This document shows positions 24,301 to 37,173 of a stretch of 64,000 nt of DNA, piece by piece. A program made the translations under genes and the position numbers. The notes below the pieces were generated by a model. The model saw only the letters and a list, made by a program, of their open reading frames with translations. It was not told the origin of the DNA and did no database searches. Source of the stretch: Pristiophorus japonicus (lineage: Eukaryota); NCBI RefSeq assembly GCF_044704955.1, contig NC_091992.1:28148001-28212000 (forward strand). Reading direction: 5' to 3'. How positions within the stretch are numbered: position 1 is the stretch's first letter; each line of letters opens with the position of its first letter.

Positions 24301-26146
24301 GGGCCTGAAATCACGCTCCCCACGGGTGAGTTCGAGGTGCGCACGTGCCCGTGGAATCTCCGCAAGTTCCCGGTTTAGGTTATGCGAAACGCATGCGCCT
24401 AATCGCGACACTTGCAATCTGTCAAAAATTCTGTTGACAGATCGCACGCATGCGAAACTAAAGGGTCTCTGTGGGCTATTTGCCCAACTCCTGCCCAGCG
24501 AATGTCCTTCAAATTCTTACGACTGAAAAAAGCAGGTGTAAGGCCCACTTTTATCAGTGTAAGACTTTTAAAATACAGAAAAAGACATTTTACAAAAATA
24601 AATTAAACATTAAATAAGTTTATTTTTAGACACTTTAAAATGTGTAAATTTATTTTTCAAGAAGTGTAATTTGTTTTTAGTTAATTTAAGTATTTCTGTG
24701 TTTTTGGGGGTAATCCCATTCATACTTATGGTGGTTCTGTATATTCGGAGTTACCATGGGCCCAAATTTGGCCCACCTGTTTTGTCGGCACACTCATGTG
24801 AGATGCGCCGACTTCCTAGGCTCAAAACAGCGCTAAAAAGATGTCCCCAGATTCTGCCCGCTCTGTTGACTCTCCTGGGGCTTGGTGTGGCGTGGCGATT
24901 CCATTGAGAGCGGAGCTAGGGCCCTGCGCATGAAAGAGTGGCAGCAGCTGTCCGCATGCGCATTAGAGTGTTTGCGCATGTGCAGTAGCTCCTGCCGATG
25001 ATGATGATGCATGCTGCAGCGTAGGACCAGATGCGTCCCAACCCTATCCCGGGCCGAGTGGCCTGCCGCACAGTAATGAGAGAAGCCTGCCTTCTTCTAA
25101 AGCACTTGGTTCTTTTGTTGGCTGCCTGCATTATATTCTACACACAACTTGAAGACTTGAGGACGTTGCCATGCAAAGGTTCAGGTAAAATTGTCTATTT
25201 TGAAATCTATCTCAAAAGTTTGATGAGGGGGGAGAGTTTTGATCGGGAGGGGGAGGGGAGGAGTTTTGATCGCGGGGGGAGCTTTGTTTGGGGGGAGGTG
25301 ATAACTGTGTTGCCAGTAATTTTAATGAGCTTACTCAAGACTTTCCTTAACCCTGTTGATGAAAATACTTTCCTATATAAGAACATAAGAATTACGAGCA
25401 GGAGGTACTTCCATTTTTTATTTGGATATTTTGAAAAAATTATGTAAATATATTTTGTTTCTTTATTTTTGTAGTTTAAGCTTCCATGAATGCTTCTGTT
25501 GTATAGTAAATTAACTTTGCGAAGTTTGTCATATGATGTCCTGTATAGCTGTTTGATCCTATTCACATTCTTTAGTCAAGTCATTAAGTTCTGCTGGCCT
25601 CCGATGTACCTACCTGCGCTGATTTCTTAACTCTCCACAAGGGTTTTCTGTGCGGCCACAAGTGGCCACATACACTGGCCTAAGTTAATTTGGAGCAACT
25701 ATTAGCTGTCCAAAGTGGCTTAAATGGCCAAAACGGGCGTAAGTGGCTGGTAACGCCCCCTTTTGAACAAAACAAAACTAAACTAAAAAAATCCTAACTA
25801 ACTCACTTACACTGGCGCAAGTTGCACGTGCTAAATGGGGCTTTTTAAGATACTCCAGAAAAATCAAGTTGCTCCCAAAAAAACGGAGCAACCCCTGGGC
25901 AATTTTGGGCCCCATAAGTGTGAATGGGGTTCCCCCTACTCTGATAGGTTGGGCCGGCCCACGTGATCCCAGTGATGCGTACGAAACCCATACGCTCCTG
26001 GGATATGTGGGCCTCTACACAGGCCTTCACATAGAGGGCCAGGGTCAGAAGTCGCCGAACCTCCAACACCACCAAGTAGCTTTGTAGAAATTTTTCAGGT
26101 CGGAGGCATCCGCTCACAGGAAGCCTCTGACCGCAATTTCTGGGCC
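24301..26146. mobile_element. Outer TIR MITE (Harbinger-like) containing a nested TIR element
   Basis: Ends GGGCCTGAAAT / ATTTCTGGGCC; internal palindrome split by the insertion at 24758. Confidence 0.65.
24758..25912. mobile_element. Nested non-autonomous TIR element
   Basis: TIRs GGGCCCAAATTTGGCCCA / TGGGCAATTTTGGGCCC; 3-bp TSD CAT on both sides. Confidence 0.8.
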
Positions 26147-26296
26147 TTTATCTGACAGAAAGTGAAGATCGTTTGTTGTCCTGACTCTTTGACAGTTCCA
26201 AGAGGAGGGGGTCATTCCACTCCATAGGCATCAAATTTCTCCTGTAAGTTCTTTTCACAAAAAAAACAGGAATTCCAGTTTTATATTCACGCAGAC

Positions 26297-26334
26297 CTCA
26301 TCGCTAACATAATCCGTAGAAGAAATTTCACCAT
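26297..26334 (-). CDS. Unnamed EF-hand gene, candidate small exon
   Basis: Strong acceptor ttctgttgtcttacag, weaker donor GAG/GTCTGC; open as MVKFLLRIMLAM (phase 0-2) or GEISSTDYVSDE (phase 1-0). Confidence 0.4.
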
Positions 26335-27019
26335 CTGTAAGACAACAGAACATTTAAAAAAAAAAATCTCTAGAAACTTTGTTTTCATTCACAGTTATTA
26401 TAGCACTAGCTGATCACCCATGGTGTTGCTCGTGAGTAGTAAGGGTCAAAAAAATCAAAAACTATTTACTTCACTGTCTTTGGGGAGATCACCTAGAAAC
26501 TTCTTTCCAAATCCTTTCACTGCAGATGTAACCACTTCCCCTCGGTCCCATTCCTCACAACAGACTGACCACTGGCTCACTGCGACCAATCCCACAATAG
26601 ATCACCTATTAAACACATCAAAAACATTGCCACTCAGTGTAAAACATTTCTTAATTGCCCCAGTGCTGATCCAAGCCTCGCCCAACTCTATGGGTGTGTG
26701 GAGGATGCATCCATTCAAAGGCGAAAGAAGGCTCTGCAAAGTAGGATGTTCCTCTTTCACCACTAGAGGTAGGTCTTATATCTGCCGCCCTCACCCCGAG
26801 CCATTTACTTGGGTCGGAGTCAATTCGATATACAGGCTGGGCTCCCTCTGTAGAGCAGAGATACTGTCAGGAGCATGCCATGCATTATATAAAATTCAGC
26901 CTGTAATCTCTCTTTGTCTCCACAGCAGGTTATAATAACGTAACTAGTTAACTGGATTACATACTATTGCTGGGTATGTTTTACAATAGCAGAAACATTA
27001 ACAGCTCCTCCTGCAAACT

Positions 27020-27280
27020 GTCTAAAGAGGAAATGAGGAGAATCTTTTTTTATGCAGCGAGATATTATGATCTGGAATGCACTGCCTGAAAAGATGGTGG
27101 AAGTAGATTCAACAGATTCAACAATTCAAAAGGGAATTAGATATTTATTTAAAAAGGAAAAATTTGCAGGGCTATGGGGAAAGGGCGGGGGAGTGGAACT
27201 AATTGGATAGCTCTGTCTAAGAGCTGGAACAGCCATAATGGGCTGAATGGCCTCCTTCTGCTGTATGAATCGTATGAATC
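27020..27280 (+). mobile_element. CR1-like LINE 3' fragment
   Basis: WNALPEKMVEVDS-like frame and gggctgaatggcctccttctg tail. Confidence 0.75.
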
Positions 27281-28949
27281 CCTGCCTCTCAATTGAGCCT
27301 TAAATATTTATATCCACCACCAGCAGGGTTCTCATGGGTCCATCTTTAGACCACCTCTACTGAATGTAAATGATAGCAAGCAGACAAGGCGAAGGAAGGT
27401 GGCCGATTTCCCTGCGATTCCTGTCACTGTACAGTCAACCCACATTAAGACCAGAACAGGGTGTTGGCACTCAGTATGCAGTGATGGGAAGAGCACCAAA
27501 GCCAGCGAAGGAGACAGAGAAAGCCCAGTTATAGCCACCCCTCCGTCCCTTTTGACCTCCTCCTGCTGGCTTGTTGGAAGTGGGCTAGGTCTGAGCCATT
27601 TCCCAAAAAATGTTCTTAAATCTTCAGTGGGCTGCTGTCCCCTTTAACTGTAGCTCCTCCCTTCTCAGTAGATTTTCTGGCTTTGCAGTGACGAGTGCCC
27701 TCAGCAGAGTAGAGATACTGCCAGGAGCTCACCCAATTTATACAACAGACCCCGACCAGAAAAGTGGATCAGGGTCCCAGCGGGGTTGGGCCAGACAGCA
27801 GAAACCCCGCCCTGTCCCACCTCTGGCAGAAATACCACCCCAGTGAAAAATGCAGCCCAAGATGTGATGTTATTAGCCACGTGTTCTGTATTTTTCTTCC
27901 TTTAATGAAGCACCATATTAATAAAACAGGCAGGATTTTCTCAATTATAAAATTCTAATTACTGAATCGGTTGCTGATAATTTACCTCAATAAAACAAAT
28001 TAGCAGTGATTAGTGATGTGACAGGAAGCATGACTTATGAGCACAGTAGATGCAAGTTGAGCATTTATTAATGTCTGGCCAACACAGATAGGCTGGAGGA
28101 TGATTGAAATTTGAGAGCAGAGGCCAGGTTTGCCAGTACGCCCTCAGTTTGACGAGAAGTGATCATATCATCAATTACTACTGTCACCCAAAGAGGCGAA
28201 TATTCCTTCCTTTAGCCAGTTTTAGAATATAAAAGCAGCTTTATGAAAGTAGAATTTCTGAAACTTTCAAAGACTTACATTGTATCACCATCTTTGGTGG
28301 CTGCCATCATTATTGAACAGGTTAGGCCATTCTAAAGGTATTATCATAATTGCGATTCACTGTCAAAATACCCCTCCAGGACAATGCAAAACTGCTAAAG
28401 ATTTTTGAATTTTAATTTTTTGTGTTTTATTATTTTTGACTAAGCACTGCTCTATAATGTTTTCCAATGGCCGTGGAAGAATTTACTGAAGCATCACAGC
28501 GGCAATATTATTTTCACAGATCATCCTCAACCAAGCTCAATTAACACTTGATAACTTTTGTTCACTCAACTGTGGTTGAATGAGTTATATTGGTCTTCCT
28601 CACTGATGAAATCAAAGATATGCTCCAACTCCAATCATCTGTGACTCCTTTTATTAATGTATGTGACCTTTTGCAAGGCAGAATTCTAATGGGCTTTATT
28701 TATTGGCATGGTTTTAGTTTTGTAACTGGAAGTTTAACCTTATGACATTGTAAGGACGTGAGATCCTCACTCCAGAGAGGACACACTGATTTCGGGCCCT
28801 GGTTCTCGTTAGTTATAATTCTTGGCCATATCCACCTCTGTCTACAATTGGCAGATCACTAAAATATTTTCACTATGGCAAATCCGCCACAAAGAATTTT
28901 TGAATGTTTTTTAAGAGCTGAAAGCCAATATTTATTGACAAGTCAGTCT

Positions 28950-29145
28950 CTCCTTCTTTGGCAGTCCCCCAGAGTCGAGAATGACTTGCTCCCACACTTG
29001 TATGAGTTCGAAGGTGACTGATGAGACCAATGTGGGATCTACAGTCTCTGTCACAGGTGGGGTAGGTGGTGCTTGAAGGGACGGGTGGGTGGGGTGCTTG
29101 ATTTGTCGTACGCTCCTTCCGCTGTTGTACTTGGCTTCCGCATGT
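28950..29145 (-). mobile_element. RTE LINE 3' fragment
   Basis: Reverse complement of the RTE 3' end (cagcggaaggagcgt...cacctgtgacagagactg...gcaagtcattctcga). Confidence 0.75.
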
Positions 29146-29147
29146 AC

Positions 29148-29495
29148 AGTACTGAGGGATTGCTGATTGTCGGAGGTACCGCCTTTCGGATATGACGTTA
29201 AACCAAGGCCCTGCCTGCTCTCTCGGATAGACGTAAAAGATCCCATGGATCTATTTTGAAGAAAAGCAGTGGAGTTTTCCCTGGTGTCCTGGCTAATATT
29301 TATCCCTCAATCGACACCCAAAACAGATTATCTGGTCATTATTACATTGCTGTTTGTGGGACCGTGCTGTGCGCAGATTGGCTGCCACGTTTCCTACAAC
29401 AGTGACTAAACTTCAAAAGTACTTCATTAGCTATAAAGCACGTTGAGACATCCTTAGGTTGTGAAAGCGCTATATAAATGAAAGACTTCCTTTCT
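29148..29495 (+). mobile_element. Deu-domain SINE, 5'-truncated
   Basis: gacgtaaaagatcccatgg...ggtgtcctggctaatatttatccctcaa...ctatataaatg. Confidence 0.85.
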
Positions 29496-29956
29496 TATTG
29501 TTACATGTGAACGTGTCCCTTTTGATAGTGCTTTTCTTTAATCTAAAGGCAGAAATAAACTCGACACCTGTTATTTGTCTGTAGCTGCAAGTTTTCTTTA
29601 TTCAACTTTTAATTTTATTTTAAATGCAAATTAGTAATAAAGACAAGGCCACGGCTTTTAACTATGATAACTCATCCGGCAGCTTAGCCCAGGGTTCAAT
29701 AAAATGGATTTGTGCATTGAACTTACACATATATAGGACTGAATTTTCGGCTTTTTGTGATTTTGCCTGTTTCTGGCGCAAACCGCGGCGAGTTCAGAAT
29801 TTTAGCACCAGGTTAGCGTTAGCGCCAGAGTGCGCAACTTTCGGCAAATGAAAGTTCACGATGAGCATTAGCGTTAACTCCAGCGTTGCACCACACAATT
29901 TGTGCGCTGGAGCCGAAAGTTCTAGCCCTAAAAAATTCAGACGTTCTGCGTATCCG

Positions 29957-31800
29957 CAAATGTTTTTTTCCCGCGCTGCTCCTCCTCGCAGATAGCGTGC
30001 CAGACGATTTTCACAGGAGGCTAACGAAGCTCTTGTGGGAGCTGTGGAGAGGAGATGGCAGGAACTACACAGGAGGGGTGTATCTAGACCCCTGCCATCC
30101 ATTTTTAACAGAATCTGGAGGGAGAATGCTGAGGAGGTCGCTGCCTCAGACACAGTGGCCAGGAGTGGGAAGCAGTGCCGGAAAAAGTTTAATGATCTTT
30201 CGATGGTCGTTAGAGTGAGTACAATTTTTATTGATGCACTCCTTTATTACTTAAATTATAAATCTGACACGCCGTTTGTTCTCATGCTGTCTCTCAGCAC
30301 TCTGTGGGTTGCCTCCTAAAATGCGTGACACATAGGTAGGCTTAGTGTGGCACCCTATTTCTTTACACATTATTAAGATTGCTTTCTGAGATCTCATGAG
30401 ATGTTTCCGCACTGCAATGTCCTCCTGATGAACCACGAGCAACTTCCAAGGCCATTAAACGGAGGATTGTATTATATTCACACAGTATGGTATAACTGCT
30501 TTGGTGGCTATCTGTGTGTTCCACAAGAGCAGATGGACCCTCTGGTAACCATTCCCATTTTCATCTTTGCAGACAAAGGAGTCCCATAACTGCCGTGAAC
30601 AGGTGCAGAGAGGCGCGGTCAGCCTCAGACCCTCCCATTTACAGACCTGGAGCAGCTAGTGGCAGGCCTCATCGGCGTTTCAGGTTGGGCAACTGCCAGT
30701 GGTGGCGCTGACCCCCGCTTGCGTCCTGAGGGTAAGTCCTGCACACTGCCTGGGCTGGGTTGGGGCAATGTGATGCAGTGTCTGTGGCCTAGGGTTGGGG
30801 CAATGTGATGCAGTGTCTCTGGACTAAATATAATGGAGTAGCAACGGTCCTTCAAATGAGCCTGTACTATGTGACCTTCCTCATGTCACCCTGCCCCCTC
30901 CCCTGCTGCTAACCACTTGTCTGTTCCTTTCTACTTCCAGTCACAGGTGCTGCATCCCTCGGTTCAACCCTCCACGTCAGGCCATCATGTGGAGGAGGAG
31001 GAGGAAGAAGATGAAGAGACGTTGGCAGAGCAGCCGACTCCAGGGTGGGGGGGGCGGGGGGTCAGGGGGGCACATGCACTCTATACCTCTTTTTCCACTG
31101 GCCAAACACCCCAACATTCCTGAGCTTTGAGATCTCTGAGGCTCCTGGGACTAGTGGCTTGCAACAACACTGTTCTGGGGTCGAATTCCGTATGCCATCT
31201 CTCCGGAGGGTGAGTCGGCAAAGTCGGACTGCTGACAGACAGGCAGACGCGGAACTGGACATGGTGGGACTGTCCAGGGAGAACATCAGGCTCACCCGTC
31301 AGCTCCTTGATGTCCTGGGGAGAATTCCCATGTCCATCGAGAACCTCACTGCAACCATAATGGAGGTAGGGTTGCAGATTGTCGATGCGAACCGTGAAAC
31401 ATTCGAGGCCATCACTGCCCACACAAGGCTGGTGGCCTCCACCAGTCACACTGGAGTCCCGGAGAGTGTGGCAAGAAGCCTTTCCGAATTCCCCAGTGTG
31501 ACACCCAGACACATCCCCACACCACTTGTGACTGGCGACGCCGATGAAGAGGCTCGCCAGTCAGAAGCCGGGCCTTCCACGTCACGAGCTCGTCCAGTGT
31601 CTCCCCAGGAGGCATCTCCATTGTCTCTCTCCCCCGAACACAGCAGCGCTCTGACAATGTTGCTCCACGCCATCGTGGTGCCACTTTGGGTACAAGGAGC
31701 AGGCAAGGGAGGGGATAAGGGTAAGGGGGGGAAAAGACAGTGGAACAGGGTGTTGGTTATAATGTTGTTGTTGTTTAATCACACTGCTGGATGCAAATAA
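29957..31800 (+). pseudogene. Harbinger Myb/SANT-like DNA-binding gene (3 exons: ~29957-30214, ~30572-30731, ~30941-31800)
   Basis: RARRFSQEANEALVGAVERRW...IW...RSGKQCRKKFNDL followed by a GTGAGT donor; in-frame TAG near the start and later frameshifts. Confidence 0.8.
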
Positions 31801-31994
31801 CTTATGCTATTTTGTTAAAGTTTCAATGTTTGCAAATTATGTTAACAAAGTTCTAAAAGTTTACAATGTTTCATAAATTCTTTTGTTCACCTTAACCATT
31901 CCTGTGTAGTCTCATTTGCAGAATAAGAAGGGGAATAGTCAACATGGCGGGATAGAGTGGCCAGGCAAACGTGGTCAAACGTGCCATTCACTCT

Positions 31995-32800
31995 TCAAGC
32001 AAAGCATTCAATTATGAGCTGCTGAAGTAAGACTTTTGCAGCGGTGAAATTTCCACGATGCCTCCCCTGTGGTTGTGGTGGGGGTGGTGGTGTCATAGGT
32101 TCCTCACCAGGGTCCTCTTCCTCATCCTCGTCCTCTCCCCCCCCCACTTCCTGAGGTGGTCCTGCAATCCCCATTGGCAATTCCTGTCCCCTCATGTTGG
32201 CCAAGTTGTGTAGCATGCAGCACACCACAATGAACTCAGCGACCTGCTGAGCAGAGTATTGCAGGCAGCCTCCAGAGTGGTCCAGACATCGGAAGCGCTG
32301 CTTGAGCACTCCAATTGTCTGTTCGACAATATTGCGTGTGGCTGCATGGCTCTCATTATAGCGATGCTTGGCTTCTGTCTGAGGGTTCTGGAGGGAGGTC
32401 ATGAGCCAGGTGGCGAGGCCGTAACCTTTGTCCCCGAGCATCCAGCTCTGGCCTTGTGATTGACGCTGGAACATGCATGAGACGCTGCTCTCACGCAAGA
32501 TGAGAGCATCATGGATGCTCCCTGGATATTGGGCATTGACTGCCATGATGCGCTGAGTATGGTCACAGACGATCTGCACGTTCATGGAGTGGTTTCGGTA
32601 AACCTCTGGATGTAAAGGTGCTCGCAGGGTGAGGTGCATATAGTCAAGGGCACTGTGAACCTTGGGGAAGCCAGCAAATCGTCCAAAACCTACAGGCCTC
32701 TCATTTTGGGCCTCCTTGGTCATTGGGAAGTTTATGAAGTCCATCCTGCGTGCGTACAGTGCGGTAGTCACCTGATGAATGCAGCAATATGTAGAGTGCT
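31995..32800 (-). pseudogene. HARBI1-like DDE_Tnp_4 transposase, 5'-truncated
   Basis: AGFPKV..ALD, HSMNVQIVCD, YPGSIHD, LGDKGY, YNESH..TRNIVEQTIGVLKQRFRCL and CCMLHN motifs. Confidence 0.93.
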
Positions 32801-32938
32801 GCGAAATTGACTTCATAAGCTTCCCAAAGACCAAGGAGGCCCAAAATGAGAGGGCTGTAGGTTTTGGACAATTCACGAAAAATACAGCCCATGAGGTGAG
32901 AACAGATTCAAAACCTGTAAAATTAAACTGATATGAAC

Positions 32939-33021
32939 CTTATTTTCAAGTGCGAATGTAATATCAAAGTAGAGATCCTGTAGATCATCAGAATCATGGA
33001 CAGACATAACTATCAGCTCAA
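32939..33021 (-). CDS. Unnamed EF-hand gene, candidate internal exon
   Basis: Acceptor ctttgaatatttcag, donor AAG/GTTCAT; 83 nt, phase 1-0; (V)ELIVMSVHDSDDLQDLYFDITFALENK. Confidence 0.5.
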
Positions 33022-33717
33022 CTGAAATATTCAAAGAACTTGGGCACATTTGGTTAAAAATTCCGATTACAATTCTCCCATTGATAAAGTAGGTACCCTT
33101 GGGATAAATGCAAATGGAGGAATTTCTAGTCAGCGGAGATATAATCATGGAAGTCAGCTGGAGGCGTGGCCAAGTTAAAATAAAGGGCGGTCATCTTGCA
33201 AGCATAAAAGAAAGCTGCAAAGCATGGCATGCAAATAATTGACTGTGCTGCAGTGAAACAGACCCACACAACCACAAAATGCATTCAAACGGGCAAAGTG
33301 TCCATTTTCCAGATGCAGGTAAATCTGAATCTCAAAAAGCCAAACTGAAACTGACAGTAGGACCAACATTATCCACCAGAATGAAAAAGGTAGGTCAGTG
33401 CATGATTCAAAATTGGTAGATGCAAATTTTGCTCTTATACACAGTATCCTGGGCACAGGAGCGAGATTATTGGATAACAAAGAAACAAGGTTTTGTCCTA
33501 TGATAGTTTTGATGGATAATTGGGAAGGCAGATAATGGAGATTCCACTGTATGTTTCAATCAACTAAGTGTTGATTAGATAATTATAGTCAGGATTTATC
33601 ATCCATTCCCACACAATCATTCTTCGCTCTGAATATGTGTGATTTGTAAGATTAGAAGGTTTGCGGCACACATTTTAACTTTTCTGCCACTTTTTTTAAA
33701 AAGAAAAACAATTTTAC

Positions 33718-33782
33718 CCTTTTTAGTTCTTCCACTTCCAATGGACTGATGATGTCTGTTACTGGGATGTCCTTGGTGTTCG
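33718..33782 (-). CDS. Unnamed EF-hand gene, candidate internal exon
   Basis: Acceptor taacttttgtag, donor AGG/GTAAAA; open in two frames (NTKDIPVTDIISPLEVEELKR or EHQGHPSNRHHQSIGSGRTKK). Confidence 0.5.
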
Positions 33783-33904
33783 CTACAAAAGTTACACGAA
33801 AAGGCTATTATGCAGATTCATTGGTGAAGCACAGTGAGGAGCAGAGGAATCTTGGTTATTCCACTCCTGGAGAAGATCTCACAGCTCACGTGTGGGGTAC
33901 AGAG

Positions 33905-34190
33905 ATTACATAGGATTACATAGGATATATGACACAGAAACAGGCCATTCGGACCAACTCGTTCATGCCAGCGTTTATGCTGCACTTGAGCCTCCTCCTG
34001 TCTTTCCTCATCTAAATCTATCAACATAACCCTCTATACCCTTCTCCCTCATATGCTAGTCTAGCCGCCCCATAAATGCATCTATACTATTCGCTTCAAC
34101 CACTCCCTATGGTAGCAAGTTCCACATTCTCACCACTCGTTGGGTAAAGAAATTTCTTCTGAATTCCCTATTGGATTTCTTGGTGACTAT
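33905..34190 (-). mobile_element. CR1-like LINE 3' fragment
   Basis: rc contains gaatggcctgtttctgtg tail and a frame like FFTQRVVRMWNLLP. Confidence 0.75.
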
Positions 34191-34264
34191 CAGGTTTTCC
34201 TGATAAGCAGAATAAGTTACTAATTTTACTATCCCCCACTTTGTAATCTGTTAACGGGTGTTTG

Positions 34265-35220
34265 TTTTTCATGCATGGGATGTGGGTGTCGCTGGCAAAG
34301 CCGGCATTTATTGCCCATCCCTAATTGCACCTTGAGAGGGTGGTGATGAGCCACCTTCTTGATAACTGAATGGCTTGCTAGGCCATTTCATAGAGGCAGT
34401 TAAGAGTCAATCGCATTGCTGTGGGTCTGGAGTCACAGATAAGAACATAAGAAATAGGAGCAGGAGTAGGCCATTTGAACACTCGAGCTTGCTCCGCCAT
34501 TTAATAAGATCATGGCTGATCTGATCATGAACTCAGCTCCACTTCCCTGCCCGCTCCCCAGAACCCTTTACTCACTTATCGCTCAAAAATCTGTCTACCT
34601 CCGCCTTAAATATATTCAATGACCCACTCTCCACAGCTCTCTGGGGCAGAGAATTCCACAGATTTACAACTCTCTGAGAGAAGAAATTCCTTCCCATTTC
34701 AGTTTTAAATGGGCGGCCCCTTAGTCTGTGATTATGTCCCCTAGTTTTAGTTTCCCCTATGAGTGGAAATATCCTCTCTGCATCCACCTTGTTGAGCCCC
34801 CTCATTATCTTATATGTTTCGATAAGATCACCTCTCATTCTTCTGAACTCCAATGAGTATAGGCCCAAACTACTCAACCTATCTTCATAAGTCAACCCCC
34901 TCATCTCTGGAATCAACCTAGTGAACCTTCTCTGAACAGCCTCCAATAAAAGTATATCCTTCCTTAAATATAGGCCAGACCGGGAAGGACAGCAGATTTC
35001 TTTCCCTAAAGGACATTAGTTAACCAGATGGTTTTTACGACAATTCGGTAGTTATATGGTCACCTTTACTGATCCTAGCTTTTTATTCCAGATTTATTTA
35101 ATTAATTGAATTTAAATTCCCCATCTGCCATGGTGGGATTTGAACTCACGTCTCTGGATCATTAATCCAGGCCTCTGGATTACTGGTCCAGTAACATAAA
35201 CACAATGCCACTGTTCCCCG
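34265..35220 (-). mobile_element. tRNA-headed SINE interrupted by a CR1 insertion
   Basis: The SINE junction gagtcacaga|taggccagac, continuous at ~40905, is split here by 34441-34970. Confidence 0.8.
34441..34970 (-). mobile_element. CR1 LINE 3' fragment nested in the SINE
   Basis: ORF 34572..34946 is the CR1 ORF2 C-terminus. Confidence 0.93.
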
Positions 35221-35314
35221 TGTAGGGATAAATTGAGTTGAGGAAAAAAACAATATATATTTATTATTTCATGTTAATGCTGATTATTACAGCACAAGCA
35301 ACACTTTAATATAC

Positions 35315-35364
35315 CTCACTGAGTCATGTACGCAGCCTCTCATCAACACAGCAGCTGGCCATAT
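35315..35364 (-). CDS. Unnamed EF-hand gene, candidate small exon
   Basis: Acceptor ttttaatattccag, donor GAG/GTATAT; IWPAAVLMRGCVHDSV, phase 0-2; supported mainly by phase compatibility. Confidence 0.3.
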
Positions 35365-35964
35365 CTGGAATATTAAAATTGAAGGCCTTTCCAGCCTTCC
35401 ATTTTCTTTGATCAATGAGCCATACAAAGAAACATTTAGAATATGTTTTAAAATTTGCTATTTATATGTTAAGAGGTTTTGCTCTTGGCCATTTAATTCC
35501 ATGTGGTACTGCTATCAAAGAGCGCCTGGATTCAGCAGATGCACAGCTGCAATGGTGAAGGGGACTGCTGCAGAATATGAGGAGTCCACAAATTGTGTGT
35601 TCAATCTATTCTTGCTGTCTATTATCTGTAACTAAAATGCATGCTGAATAAGGTCGGAGCTAAATAGCCTCGGTGTTTTCTTCATTCACAACAAAAACAG
35701 AAAAACTATATGATAATTTAAAAGGGACCGTTGTTTTTAACCATTGCATGGTCAGCTTAGAAAAGATGTTGATGTTTAATCTTATTTCTGAATAATTAAA
35801 AAAAATATTTTAGCATGTGACTCAAAAGGTGAGTTTCAAGAAATCACCGTAACGCATCAGTCTCAATTAAATCTACCAACTGTTTCCCTTCAAATGAGTG
35901 GCACCCAGATGGAAAATTAAACAGTGAGATATGGAAATCCTTGGTGTCAGTCATCTGCCTGTTC

Positions 35965-36272
35965 ACTATTACAAGAGGATTTGAGTATAAGAGAAAAGAT
36001 ATCTTATTGCAATTATATAGGGCCCTGGTGAGACCACACCTGGAGTATTGTGTACAGTTTTGGTCTCCTTACCTAAGGAAGGATATACTTGCCTATATTC
36101 AAGACAGAGATCGATAGATTTTTGAATTTTACGGGAATCAAGGGTTACGGAGACAATGCAGGAAAGAGGAGTTGAGGTAGAAAATCAGCAATGATCTCAT
36201 TGAATGACAGGGCAGACTCGAGGGGCTGAATGGCCTACACCTGCTCCTAATTCTTATGTTCTTATGTTCTTA
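35965..36272 (+). mobile_element. CR1 fragment with an internal deletion
   Basis: [25 protein letters not shown] fused directly to the 3' end; (ttcttatg)n tail. Confidence 0.85.
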
Positions 36273-36742
36273 TGGTGATATTCAACCCATTCCATGGGTA
36301 ATTTTTCAGCATTCCCAGACCTGTTTCGCTGTCAAAACCATTAACTAATTAGTGGACATGTCTCATTAAACATCGAGGAAGCTGAGGGGATGTGTGCCAG
36401 CTGAGTTCCAATGCATTAGGCCACTTTAAGAGATTTAGCTTTGCTTTTTCTTCCCAGGAAAGTATTTCTCCTGAAACTGTGCCATTTCATAAAGTTTATG
36501 TTAGTTTTTCTTTTGCACAAGCATGGATAAAGTAGCAGGAACTAGAAAAAAGCAAACCTGAATGTGAACTAATTAAAATATAGTATGGGTGCTTTATAGG
36601 GGATAAAAAATCCAACTTCATAAAATGTGTTTTGAAAGAGAGAGATGTGAAATCCAAATTGAACACCGAATGGGCCAACCAGGTCAATGCAGCCACGCTG
36701 CAAAAAAATATATATGCTTATCTCCTTGTCAAGTTATTTCAC

Positions 36743-36802
36743 CTTGGGAAGAGCTGGAATAGGAATTCTCTCTTGATTAAAGACTGAATTATAATACTGT
36801 TT
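36743..36802 (-). CDS. Unnamed EF-hand gene, coding exon 4
   Basis: AG / AAG-GTGAAA bounded; 60 nt, phase 0-0; KQYYNSVFNQERIPIPALPK continues ...FMDYNTLE. Confidence 0.6.
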
Positions 36803-37160
36803 CTAATGCACTGCACAATTCTGGTTTAATAGTAGCTCAGATTTAACTTTTATAACCATAACGTGTTACCTTTAAGAGGGAACTCTTTGGAGCCATGTTT
36901 CATCAGTAGGTTGCTAGGCAAGTGTCCAGCTTCACAGATTTCTTGGAATAGCCAGTTATAGACATCCTGAACACAAAAAGTAACATGACCTTATTTCCAG
37001 CTGCAGTCACATTTCATTATTAACTTGTGACATCCTTTAAAATGGGTAATAAATCATTGAGAGTGAATCAAACCAGTCCATTTCCGACAGTAAGAAACCT
37101 TAAAATAGTGCTGAAACATTTAAGGTCTTTTACAGTGGCTACTCTAACCAGCAGTAATGG

Positions 37161-37173
37161 TGCCCTCTAGTGG
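37161..37173 (-). promoter_or_regulatory. CTCF consensus motif
   Basis: TGCCCTCTAGTGG (rc CCACTAGAGGGCA) in unique intronic DNA. Confidence 0.5.

Larger units (their letters stand above)
29736..32890. mobile_element. PIF/Harbinger DNA transposon with convergent Myb/SANT and DDE transposase genes (decayed)
   Basis: Imperfect TIRs GGACTGAATTTTCG / rc GGGCTGTATTTTTCG enclosing the two hallmark genes. Confidence 0.88.

Noticed and set aside
26420-26935. 171-aa plus-strand ORF
   Set aside because: No motifs or splice support; antisense intronic chance ORF
28279-28331. Possible exon with a GTAAGT donor (NGLTCSIMMAATKDGDT)
   Set aside because: Phase does not chain with the neighbouring candidate exons; insufficient support
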